From: Oopsacas minuta
Taxonomy: Eukaryota > Animalia > Porifera
DNA length: 64,000 bases
Assembly (NCBI GenBank): GCA_024704765.1
Contig: JAKMXF010000327.1
Location: 1-64,000, forward strand
Reading direction: 5' to 3'
Shown piece after piece: positions 51,519 to 62,009 of the stretch (positions are counted from its first letter, which is position 1; each line of letters opens with the position of its first letter). The position numbers were made by a program, and so were the translations under genes. The notes below the pieces were generated by a model. That model made no database searches. It was not told the DNA's origin and saw nothing but the letters and a program-made list of their open reading frames with translations.

Positions 51519-51839
51519 TTAAGAGGCTGTCTGTTGAGGTTGTTGTGTACTAAGAGTCTCCACCTTTTGCTCTAACTCTTTGATACGATCTTCTGCCTCC
51601 TTCAGCTTAATAGACAACTCGTCTCTCTCATTACGCAGAGCTATAACGTCTACTTCCTCTATGGGGCCTCCTTGGAATTGTTTCCTCACGTAATCGAGTG
51701 CGTCTTCGGGTTTCTCAGGCTCCTCATACAGACCTACCAATAATTTAGTCATAGCGTCTACAACTCCAGACTTCTCTAAATATTTCCTGAAATCTTCTCG
51801 TCTGTTCTCAGCTTTGTTCTGACTCAATTGACCACTCAT
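51519..51839 (-). CDS. MYCBP: c-Myc-binding protein (AMY-1), intronless, 106 aa
   Basis: RREDFRKYLEKSGVVDAMTKLLVGLYEEPEKPEDALDYVRK followed by a coiled coil. Confidence 0.93.
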   Translation of the reverse strand: MSGQLSQNKAENRREDFRKYLEKSGVVDAMTKLLVGLYEEPEKPEDALDYVRKQFQGGPIEEVDVIALRNERDELSIKLKEAEDRIKELEQKVETLSTQQPQQTAS

Positions 51840-52741
51840 ATCTACTGTCAGTTAGAATTTCTATTAATTACACTATAGAACAATAATAATTATATTTATA
51901 CTACTAGAGATACTATATGTATAATTATTGTGTATATTATTTAGATTAGGAATAGTAGGGATCTATTGTGTTAGGTGAGAATTGTACACAACTTTATTGA
52001 AGAAGATAATGTCTGTATAATAGTTATGACTTCTGACAGCTATGTAACAAGACATAACGCCAGTTATTCACACAAAGACTGGGTAGAAGCTACCTAATGC
52101 CTTGGCGCTAGGGAAACTGTCTTGGTAACTGGGAAGGAAGAGGGGAAATTTTGAATATATGAATGATATGATATTATTACGTATCAGAGATCAAATGATA
52201 GAGTGATTAATCATTAAGATCGTTTTGATAAAATTATTGAAATTCAACGATCAATTGCTACTAATTCAGCTAGTATAGGACAGTTGAAATCAGGATTTTT
52301 TATCCCATCGGGTTACATTTTCGTCAGGTCAGTGTAAAATTGTTTATTCGAAATTCCATATAAAATAATGTATTTTGTCTTTTGCCTGCGAGTTATTTAG
52401 TCTTAATTATTACGTTTTTTGTCAATCTGAGGATGTAAACAATTGAAAATCTGTTTGACTCATTTGTCCTATAGCATATATTAGCGATTTTTCCAAATGC
52501 TGGATTAGTACATACCCTTATTAATAGCAAACAATACACAGCCTTGCTGTATTAGCTATCAAAAATATTCTTGACTATCAGTATTAACAAAACGGATTTT
52601 GTCTTCTGGTTATTTTGTCGTCTTGGCAGTGCAATCAAGGACAAAATAATCCGATTTCTAGTGTAAGTAGTAAGTATATTTGGAGATTGTGAGTGTAAAG
52701 TACAGCTAGAATAGTAAGTATATTAAATGAGTTATTTATAA

Positions 52742-53221
52742 TTAATGATTAGACGAATTCAATCTCGAGCTAGTCCGCAGAGATCCTTTTTTCTCCTTTT
52801 TAATTTTTTCTGAAACTCCTAGAACTTCGTCTGTAACACCTTGTAATCTACTCAAGAGTTTATGTTGTGCATAAGGAAAATAATTCTTGAGAATATCACT
52901 CTTAAATCTAGCTAGTCTAATCTCCAAATACTCTTCAAGAGTAGGATTGTTCCTGGAGGATAAGTTAAAACTAGGACAATCAGGAGAATGCTTTTTATGT
53001 TCCTCTAGAGGATCATCATCAGGCTCCCACCCATCTAGCACTATAGCGCATGCCCAACACTGAACTGAGTCCTCTTTCAAATAGAAAAACCCAGCGTCTA
53101 GCAATGCGTCTACAGTAGGAGATTTGAAGGGTAGTTTTCTATTTGAGAAAGTCTTCTTCCTCGCTTTTAACGAAGAGTCAAATGAGAATATCAGTTGAGT
53201 AAGAAAATCGTCATCATCCAT
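52742..53221 (-). CDS. BIRC5: Survivin-like single-BIR protein, intronless, 159 aa
   Basis: BIR motif LLDAGFFY..VQCWAC..LDGWEPDDDPLEEHKKHSPDCP with a C-terminal helix and no RING. Confidence 0.85.
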   Translation of the reverse strand: MDDDDFLTQLIFSFDSSLKARKKTFSNRKLPFKSPTVDALLDAGFFYLKEDSVQCWACAIVLDGWEPDDDPLEEHKKHSPDCPSFNLSSRNNPTLEEYLEIRLARFKSDILKNYFPYAQHKLLSRLQGVTDEVLGVSEKIKKEKKGSLRTSSRLNSSNH

Positions 53222-53293
53222 TGTTTATGATAAGTTAAGTTCTAACCAGAAAATTCACATAATTTATATAAGTTACATCATACAATAAATATG

Positions 53294-54125
53294 CAGTGAC
53301 GGCAGGGGCAGCCATATGGGGTGTGCGGTGCGCAGGGGCCCCAATAGTATGGGTGCCCCCAAAGAGATCATTTGGAAGGAGAGGAGATTAACCGAGATAT
53401 TTGGGGAATGATTGGGCCCACAAAATCCCAGGTCAACCTTTATTCTAGGTTGAGTATAATTAATTGTTTAGCTGATTTATGTATTCATGAAATTTGAAAT
53501 TACATTAGTCAATAAACATAGGATATGACTACTACAAGAATTTAATATTCCTTGAATTGGTTTTAATTTAGACATTTTCCTCTTAGGTCGGGAATTTATT
53601 AGTTATTCATCTCTTGTACGCATAGATTATATAGAAATATAGTTTCACAAACATTAAATCGTATTTACGTGTATTATTAAGATATCTGTCACGAAAGTTC
53701 TAATTAGTTATACTACAGGAGAAACTTATGCAGGGGCGGATCCAAGGGGGTCCTAGGACCCCTCCTCGGTGTTCCTAGCGAGAATCAAAATGGAACCAAA
53801 ATTTCAGTTTTGAATTTCTGTCTAAAAATTAATGAATAATAAGATAAATTAATTTAATGTATTTCTCTATTTGTGGTAGAAATATCTTTAGATCGCTATT
53901 TCAGTGTCTAAATATTTTTAAAAAATTCTGGGGGCACCCCCTTAGGGTAACTCGCTGCGCTCTCGCTTGGACCCCCCTAGGTAAATCCTGGATCCGCTCC
54001 CTGTTATGCATGTGCCATGTGCATAATTTTGCATCTTTTTTTTAATAATTGAGAAGGGGGCCACAAGAAAAAACATTACACAAGGGCCCCCAATATCCTA
54101 TGGCCGCCACTGAGTGGCGGATCCA
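53294..54125. mobile_element. Three nested MITEs with CAG(T/G)GGCG-type ends
   Basis: The middle element 53303-54112 is flanked by AGTGACGG/AGTGGCGG (8-bp TSD). The inner element 53731-54003 is flanked by TTATG/TTATG. The outer element begins CAGTGGCGGATCCAGG once the insertion is removed. Confidence 0.65.
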
Positions 54126-54822
54126 GGAACTGCTAGTGGGGAGGGATAATTATCCAGCTGGGGGTGCAGGGGCGCTGTAAGGCCCCCAGAGGGCCTAGGG
54201 GCGAAGCCGCTGAACGACAAGCCTATTTGGCACAACATTAGTTGCCTTTCTACTGTTAGGTCTTCGAATACACATCTGGTATGGAAATTTTCGATTGACG
54301 ATGTAATGCTACTAACACACGTATTCAAATTACCAACAATTTAGTAATAGTATCAGGCCAGGGACATGGGATGACAGGACAACAATAAGGAGCTAGGTGG
54401 GACATAGTGCTAAAGGGCCTTGGCAGAAGCTGCGTAAGGAATTATAAGCTAGCTTAACGTTAACGGTAATACACGAAATATCTGACTCAAAAATCTTCTG
54501 AAGTGCGTTGAGATGCTGAAACAAGTAGTATATCACATATCAGATAAGAAATTTCCAGGATTATGCAAATTTTGGATTAATGCCTATTTGGGATTTTGGA
54601 CTAACGACGGTTCCCGTTTGTGATGTCTAAGAACATAAACAAGCCAGTTCAATATTGGGCTACTAAATTACATACTACTTATAGTCAATAACAAAATCCC
54701 AATTGACCGAATATATAAGAGATAAGTTGATTGTATAACTTCAGCTGCGTTCCTGAATATTATTATAAATATATTCTGATAAAATATTGGATATAAAAAC
54801 AAGTATATATCTGATTAGGTAT

Positions 54823-55230
54823 TCAGATATCCTCCAGAGTAGAATGACAAAATATCAGCTTATCTGGAGTAACACCACTTCTGCTTTTCTGTGATAAGAA
54901 AGTACCAATTTCACTCTGAGGAGGTAGACACAAACTACGTCTCCAATTAGGAGTCTCTACCCCTAACAACTCTCGTATCATCTTAGATATAATTAAAATG
55001 TGTTCAAAATCTTGTACCCCGATTGAGGGTAGTGTGGAAGCATTTATTAGAATCAATTTCTTCCCACCGATGTTATTCTCTATAAAGCAAGGAGAGTATC
55101 TCTCAAATCCTATACTAGTAATCCACTCCCCAACCTCATCTCTGCTCCAATTGAGACAATGAGGTGTTTGAGTTTGAGCTCCTGATTCAGAGTTAAAACT
55201 TATAGGAGAGAGGAGAGAGAGATTAGACAT
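54823..55230 (-). CDS. SAM-domain protein (SAMD15-like), ~135 aa from ATG 55230
   Basis: WSRDEVGEWITSIGFERYSPCFIENNIGGKKLILINASTLPSIGVQDFEH..ELLGVETP..RRSLCLP..IGTFLSQKSRSG resembles the SAMD15 C-terminal SAM region. Confidence 0.8.
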   Translation of the reverse strand: MSNLSLLSPISFNSESGAQTQTPHCLNWSRDEVGEWITSIGFERYSPCFIENNIGGKKLILINASTLPSIGVQDFEHILIISKMIRELLGVETPNWRRSLCLPPQSEIGTFLSQKSRSGVTPDKLIFCHSTLEDI

Positions 55231-55395
55231 TATTGCTAACACATAAACAAACAGAATATATTACTCAATAATCTATGTAGCAACTTTATTAAATCAATGT
55301 CGAATAAATTTAGATACATTTGTGTAATTTGGATACAGATTACTCAATTACCAAACGATGAAACCAAGTTTTTGTAACTCACCTATCGCAATATG

Positions 55396-56577
55396 ACAAG
55401 CCTTGGCCGTGTTTTCAACGTGCTCTTTCAAGATTAGATTGGACAATTGTTTAATGTCCTCAATTTAGAACAGGCACGCAAAACCACTAGAATATGGATG
55501 GAGCATTGAAATGTTGAGAAGTTTGAAATCATAACTTTTATCAGATGGTATCAGCATAAGTTCATCTTTTGATAATGTGAAAATATAACCCTTCCATTCA
55601 TTGAACCATTCTTCATTAAATTCTTTCGGCCTGAATAGATAATCTTTGCTCTCTGCCGGACATTACGAAGATTCAGTAATTCAGAAAAGGCACTACCTTC
55701 AGTTGCACTCCGAATTGTTAACATAGATTCTCTCTTATGTGTTATCATAGTATATTATTCCTTCTAATTGGTATGGTGTATTTGAGTATACTTTCTTTCT
55801 TTCAGACGAATATACCTGTATAGTTATACTGTACGAATGTTTAGATGTCATATTATTGGTTCAACACGAGGCAATTTATTGTATTACTTCACACAGAGCT
55901 GTTATATTGTGCTAAATAAAAGCATACTGACTATTGTGAACACCTCCTAATTATGATAACCATGTAGATGCCAAACTGTGGAATATTATTATTCAGTCAT
56001 TGTTAGCTTGATCTACTGATAGGGAGTGACAATAGTATCTCATTCAAACGCTTTTATTTAGCACAATATAACAGCTCTGTGTGAAGTAATACAATAAATT
56101 GCCTCGTGTTGAACCAATAATATGACATCTAAACATTCGTACAGTATAAATATACAGGTATATTCGTCTGAAAGAAAGAAAGTATACTCAAATACACCAT
56201 GCCAATTAGAAGGAATAATATACTATGATAACACATAAGAGAGAATCTATGTTAACAATTCGGAGTGCAACTGAAGGTAGTGCCTTTTCTGAATTACTGA
56301 ATCTTCGTTATGTCCGGCAGAGAGCAAAGATTATCTATTCAGGCCGAAAGAATTTAATGAAGAATGGTTCAATTAATGGAAGGGTTATATTTTCACATTA
56401 TCAAAAGATGAACTTATGCTGACACCATCTGATAAAAGTTATGATTTCAAACTTCTCAACATTTCAATGCTCCATCCATATTCTAGTGGTTTTGTGTGCC
56501 TGTTCTAAATTGAGGACATTAAACAATTGTCCAATCTAATCTTGAAAGAGCACGTTGAAAACACGGCCAAGGCTTGT
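55396..56577. mobile_element. Foldback element: 528-bp arms (55396-55923 / 56050-56577), ~99% identical, 126-bp spacer
   Basis: Base-by-base reverse complementarity with about 6 mismatches seen. The mirror ORFs 55551-55748 and 56225-56422 come from the arms. Confidence 0.9.
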
Positions 56578-56642
56578 ACTAACAAATTCACAGCCAATTT
56601 CGATAAATTTTTGAATACATACCGTACCGTATACGTAAATAA

Positions 56643-57080
56643 TATATTCTAAAAAATGGTGCAGAAGAGATTGAATTCAACTACCAATCTACAGCTCAAT
56701 TCCGTGGTTGTAAACATCATCTCATTTTCGGGAAAATAGTTGGAGATGCCTTAGGACTCCATCCTGTGTTAGGAGCATTACTCAATCCTACTGGAGGAAT
56801 TGTAGGAGCAAACAATAGTAATGCACTATTAAGATCGTTAGCCTTATTACCTAGCATGAAGAAGAATGGCATGGCTCATGATGCGACAGGATACTTAAGA
56901 TATTACCATGGGATTGGGCCAGGATATAATACTTAGATGTTGGAGATATCAAGGGTAGATTGACTCCCAGCAATGGCATATTCTACGGTAGTAAACTTCC
57001 AAGCGCTAATACATTATTTAAAATGGGAAGCAATGGAAGTAAAGAATTACATAAAAGAGTTCAAAGGAGATGATGCTATG
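56643..57080 (+). pseudogene. Unannotated, probably decayed coding fragment with LNPTGGIVG and HDATGY motifs
   Basis: An open frame at 56643-56936 encodes FGKIVGDALGLHPVLGALLNPTGGIVGANN..MAHDATGYLRYYHGIGPGYN. Restoring one base gives GYNYLDVGD and a further ~50 open codons. Confidence 0.6.
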
Positions 57081-57717
57081 AACCAAGTGCTTGAACACTC
57101 TAATATTATCATTATTATTATGTTATGTTGTTCCTTAGTGCTCAGTTAGATTTTGTAATGCTAGATATTTTTTTCAGTCATTTAAAATAAATAATACTTT
57201 TCTATATTTGTAGTCTTAAAAAAGTAATAATACAGTCAACAAACGTTAATTCGAATTGTCACGAGAGAAATTTTTTCGAATTAACAATATTCGCATCATT
57301 GAAAGTGCTATAAACAATGTGTAGAAAGACAAAAACGTTCAAAGGAGGTAAACATAATTATAGATCATAAGAGATCTTCATGAGAAATTTACTTTACTAA
57401 TTTGAATTGTTTGCAGAGATGGAACCGGTTAACTTTCCATGACCCGACCCGACCAGCTTAACATGAAACCTGCAGGCGCCGTATTCACTGAAGAAGTTAA
57501 ACACAAAGTTCGAACTATGTTCTTAGTGAATACAGTAGATGGTGGGTATAAGAACATTATACTGGAAATGATAGCCCAATATAATGCATGCCTGTTAAAA
57601 GAACACTCTTAGAATAGTAGTAAAATAGGTTCTTATTACCAGTATGTTTGTGAACAAATATTCAGGAAATGAGATTATCTACAATTATGCATACTACTTT
57701 ATACATTGGTAATTAAA

Positions 57718-58878
57718 TTATAAGAATGATCGTCCTGACATAATATTAGGTCCTACTAAATCGTACTGCGACTTATCTACCCAATTAGAGAAACTAGACA
57801 GAGAAGCTAATACAGAGCCTCCTATCCATGTACTGTACTTCCTCTCTGGAGGACTGGATATCTTAACTGTAGATTTGGGAGGAGCTAAGTTCATTATTTC
57901 CTTTCGTAATCTCTCTGGGAACCCTGATAACAATGTATTACCTCCAGACAGTAGAATATTAGAATAGAGATCTTTACGAGTATCAATTTGACAATCTTTG
58001 ATACAGTTGTATATCAGCTGATGGATTCCTATGTGATCTCTTCCCAGATGTGTTAAAGGCTGGAAGAGACATTCTGTACACTCAAATAGCTGAGTAGTAA
58101 CTAATATCATGTGACCATCTGGCAGCTCATAACATTTGTCCATCCCTGGTCGCCATGAGGTCCAGTATTTAGCCATTTCTTGATTGAAATCGTATGATAC
58201 GTAAGCAAGAGATTCCTTCAGCCTCCGTACTATTTCCTTCTCAGCTGATGTTCTGAAGTAATGCCCTTCCTGTGTCAGAAGTCTAGTCAGATATTCAGTG
58301 ACGTCAATACCTCCTAAATCCAATCTCTTTACAGCACTCGGAACAATATAACCTTCATAGATAGGAAGGACAGAGGTAACTCCTCCTCCTGAACTCACTG
58401 ACACTCCTGTAGCCCTACCACCACATGAATACATGGAGAGTATTGTATCTATTTCTACACTAAATCGCCTAACATTGTATGTTTCAAAGAAAAACTGACA
58501 AAGTCTCTCACGATTTTCTCGTGGATTCAAAGGTGGTTCAGTTATCAACACACTGGATTCCTCTGGAGATATTCTGAGCATTTTGAAGCTATAATTCATT
58601 AATTGTTCAAATTTATTCCAATCCTTTACAGCTCCTCTCTCTATCAGATAACTGGGATCTAGAACTCCTAGTCTACGCATTGCATCGTATCCACAATAAT
58701 TACTCCCTGGGTCCATTCCTTCCATCAAAGGTCCTACAGTCCGTTTAGTTGTACCAACAACACTGGGATTCACGAAACGAGGTGAATCACTTCCAGCGAA
58801 GCCAATCTGTACATTTGAACTACCTAGAACAATCACAATCGGTTCTGGATCATCTAAACTGCTTGATGAAGAAGACAT
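57718..58878 (-). CDS. Divergent actin-family protein, intronless, 386 aa
   Basis: Actin fold motifs IGFAGSDSPR, VLITEPPLNPRENRE, LPIYEGY, YELPDG, NILLSGG and PPERKYSTWIGGSVLASL. Confidence 0.92.
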   Translation of the reverse strand: MSSSSSSLDDPEPIVIVLGSSNVQIGFAGSDSPRFVNPSVVGTTKRTVGPLMEGMDPGSNYCGYDAMRRLGVLDPSYLIERGAVKDWNKFEQLMNYSFKMLRISPEESSVLITEPPLNPRENRERLCQFFFETYNVRRFSVEIDTILSMYSCGGRATGVSVSSGGGVTSVLPIYEGYIVPSAVKRLDLGGIDVTEYLTRLLTQEGHYFRTSAEKEIVRRLKESLAYVSYDFNQEMAKYWTSWRPGMDKCYELPDGHMILVTTQLFECTECLFQPLTHLGRDHIGIHQLIYNCIKDCQIDTRKDLYSNILLSGGNTLLSGFPERLRKEIMNLAPPKSTVKISSPPERKYSTWIGGSVLASLSSFSNWVDKSQYDLVGPNIMSGRSFL

Positions 58879-59689
58879 TAAATCTGGAGCATTACCAAGA
58901 AATAGCTAAACACAGTAGAACCCGTATATAACAAACAGGCAGCCTAAAGGTACACAGTCTTGGTTTTAGGGTTAGAAATTTTTGCTGTGCGACTGTCGGA
59001 TGACGTCCAAGTAAGGGGCGTACTGCGTATGATTGCTTTAACAGACCATACGCTCGTTGGTCTTATGCTTAGTTTTTGAGCCCCGACTTATAGGGAGATG
59101 CCTGAATATCATGGATGAAGTGCAAGGTCCATACGTCTGCCCGTCAGACCGCGGGGACCTGCGAAAACTAGCAATCCTATTAATATGAGCACATATCCAC
59201 AACTGGGGTATGAAATTTTTCTAAAGTGAAATTTTCCACCTCTTTGGTGATTAATCATATTATCACACCTTTCTATGTAAATTCAAAAGCATCCTAGAGT
59301 TAAGTTTCAACATGTTCTCATGGGTAATTGAGAATGTAGATTCGAATTTTGACCTTCTCACTTTACATTTCTCAGGGAAATTTGAAGGTATTTCAGTCAT
59401 TCATAACAAAATACATACTAATGAACCTTTAGATCGTCGCTTCGCGAGGAAATCGGCTCATGCGCCTCGAGGTGTCCATTATTCTCCAAATTGACGGCCC
59501 ATTTGAGTGTTATAATGTAAATAGGAAAATTATATCTAAGACCCTATATTTAGTGTATTTTAAAAACTTATTATATCAGTCTAGTGTATTTTGATTTTGA
59601 TTAGTTTTCAAACAGGGTCCCACAAATAATGCTAGGACACTAGGGTCCTGAGAATAACTCCTCATGTAAATATACGTATATGTGCTATA

Positions 59690-59940
59690 TATTATTGAAT
59701 TATTTTGTAAGATCAACTTCCTTTGAAGCGGTGAGAGCAAATATCTGTGTAAATTTTGAGATGTTGTTAATCTGTTTACTTTATATTCGTAAAAACAACA
59801 ATAAATTTACATATGATTAATCCAAAAGTGTGATAATCGGATTCAGCATGTTCGATATATTTTAGTGAAGTTTTATTGAATTCTATTTACTTCCTTGATA
59901 AACACAATAAATATATAGTTATGCGACAGTTTCAAATGTG
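59690..59940 (-). mobile_element. Helitron-like family copy
   Basis: Shares TTTACTTTATATTC..GGATTCAGCATGTTCGATATTTAGTGAAGTTTTATTGAATTCTATT..CCTTGATAAACAC with 37140-37260 and 40540-40690. Confidence 0.6.
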
Positions 59941-59996
59941 AATTGTTTAATATTATCTCTCGCTAAAATTTTAACTAAAATAATTATGACTCTTTA

Positions 59997-62009
59997 TTAG
60001 GTTCCGTATTTCTCGCGGAATAGTTCGGATGGAAATTCTTTCTGTATCTCTTCCCATGGCCTCTCAACCAAGAGAGCTTCCTCTTCACTGATATGAACTA
60101 GAGCTAGGATAGAATTGTACTGAGAGGAAATCTTGAAATTATCAGCATGGAAATGATATTGTATTCTTTCTTCTTCTGCAATTTTAATTCGTTTCTTACT
60201 TCTTGTTTCCAATTCCCCAGACTCAGGAATATGTTCTAATCTAACTACACAGAGACCGTTATAACTGGATAGAATCAATCGGTTATCTCTTACGAAAGTA
60301 GCTGTAAGGTTTGTCAATTCTATTTGGTGAGATGTCAGAAGATCTTGACATCTAAAATCTTGAAATGATCTTGTCCATTCTGTGTGCTTTTGATTAATAT
60401 AATCAAAGATGATAATTTCACTGTTACTATACGTGATTACGATATTTGTGATATTTGGAGCAAAGTCAATTGACACAATCTTTGAGCTGTGTGATGAGAG
60501 CTGAGTTATAATCTTGAAATTATCAATATCGTAAATATAAACGGCAGAATCTGAGGAGACACTTGCGAAATATTTCCCGCATTTAGATGGAGTTATCTTA
60601 ACTACGGAGTACCCTACGTCAGCATGATGTAAATTAACATTTTTGGGTGAGGAGAGGCTAAAAATTGAAATTTCTCTAAGGTTGAAAACAGAAATTACAT
60701 GATTTGAATGTTGAGAAAATGCTAAGATTTGAGAAGGGTGAGATGGTGCATGTTTTATCTGTTTTATTTTAGAGATACATTTATCATCTTGTTCGTTCCA
60801 ATCCAGGTGATAAAATTTTGTAATTTTCCTATTCGACCAGCTGAGGAAATCTGCCTTAGAAGATATCGCACTCGTAATTAGACCGTCAGTACTATTCGTT
60901 TGTAACTCTAAAAGACAGTCAACATCTTTATTAGCAGATTTTGGATCTTTAGTCAAGCTCCAAACTTGCAGTTTGTTTGGCATTTGAAATAAAATTACTT
61001 TTCTTTCAACTGCAACTTTAACCGTTTCACGTGAAGAGCTTATGAAGGGAAGTATCTGTTTTATTAACTTTTTTTGTTCAAACCTCTGCCAATTATGAAT
61101 AATGATTTTCGTATCCACACCCCCAGTTAAAATGAACTTATTTTCACAGGCTACAATTGACTTTACATCGTGGCTATGGAAACGGATAGAACCGGAAGGA
61201 ATCCATTTCGAATTTCCATCCATCTCAATTCGTTTTAACTGAACTAATTTTGAGTCTACGCCACTCGCGAAAATAGTGTCCTCTTTTTCATTTACAAAAA
61301 TAGCAAGAATATCTGCCAGTTCTTCATGCAGAGTATATTCTTGTTTCAGTGTACCGAATTTTCCATTCCAAAACTGAATTTTTCCCATAGAATTTCCACT
61401 AATCAAAGTATGATCTATGAGAAACTTTATTTGCCATACAAATGTGTTTTGTTTGTTATGCTTATCAAGTGTTATTCTCTGTAAACATAAGCCATTAGAA
61501 AGAGAGAATGTAGCAATTGAAGAATTATCGAATCCACAAGCTAAGAGCTCTCCTACTGGGTGCCATGCTAATGAGAGTATTCTGCCAGTTTGTTTTTGTA
61601 AATCCTTCTGATATTCCAAATTATCATATTTCGTTTCATATATTTTTATAGCTCCATTCTCCAATCCAACTGCTAGTAGCCCCCCACATGAGGATTTCTC
61701 CATACACCAAATTGGTATGTCTAACATTGCTCTATTCTTCTCAGAAATATCACCGAAAATCCATTCAGAAATTATTCCATCTAGTCCAGCTGAAAATAAT
61801 CGATCTCCTCTACAAACCAAAGACCGTATCAATCTATCTTGACAGATTGGTGTTGAATTGAGAAATGAAAAAGTATCTAATTTGCTCTCCCAAAATTCAA
61901 TCGATCCATTTGATCTAGCAACTGCTAAGAATTGAGATGAATTGTGCAAGCAAAGTTGCTCAATACCTGATGGTTGGTACTCTAGGAACGCTACACAATG
62001 TAAATCCAT
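59997..62009 (-). CDS. UTP4: U3 snoRNA-associated protein 4 (cirhin), WD40, intronless, 670 aa
   Basis: MDLHCVAFLEYQPSGI..LAVARSNGSIEFW..RLFSAGLDG..FASGVD..FHSHDVKS..GGVDT..C-terminal VERPW..LFREKYGT. Confidence 0.93.
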   Translation of the reverse strand: MDLHCVAFLEYQPSGIEQLCLHNSSQFLAVARSNGSIEFWESKLDTFSFLNSTPICQDRLIRSLVCRGDRLFSAGLDGIISEWIFGDISEKNRAMLDIPIWCMEKSSCGGLLAVGLENGAIKIYETKYDNLEYQKDLQKQTGRILSLAWHPVGELLACGFDNSSIATFSLSNGLCLQRITLDKHNKQNTFVWQIKFLIDHTLISGNSMGKIQFWNGKFGTLKQEYTLHEELADILAIFVNEKEDTIFASGVDSKLVQLKRIEMDGNSKWIPSGSIRFHSHDVKSIVACENKFILTGGVDTKIIIHNWQRFEQKKLIKQILPFISSSRETVKVAVERKVILFQMPNKLQVWSLTKDPKSANKDVDCLLELQTNSTDGLITSAISSKADFLSWSNRKITKFYHLDWNEQDDKCISKIKQIKHAPSHPSQILAFSQHSNHVISVFNLREISIFSLSSPKNVNLHHADVGYSVVKITPSKCGKYFASVSSDSAVYIYDIDNFKIITQLSSHSSKIVSIDFAPNITNIVITYSNSEIIIFDYINQKHTEWTRSFQDFRCQDLLTSHQIELTNLTATFVRDNRLILSSYNGLCVVRLEHIPESGELETRSKKRIKIAEEERIQYHFHADNFKISSQYNSILALVHISEEEALLVERPWEEIQKEFPSELFREKYGT

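Noticed and set aside
55551-56422. Paired 65-aa ORFs MITHKRES.. as genes
   Set aside because: They are mirror products of the foldback arms with no domain signal.
16946-62009. Human co-location of some orthologue pairs (IST1/UTP4 on 16q22, BIRC5/RNF213 on 17q25) as ancient synteny
   Set aside because: Recalled from memory. With only pairs among 12 genes and an uncertain RNF213 orthology, chance cannot be excluded without a formal linkage-group test.
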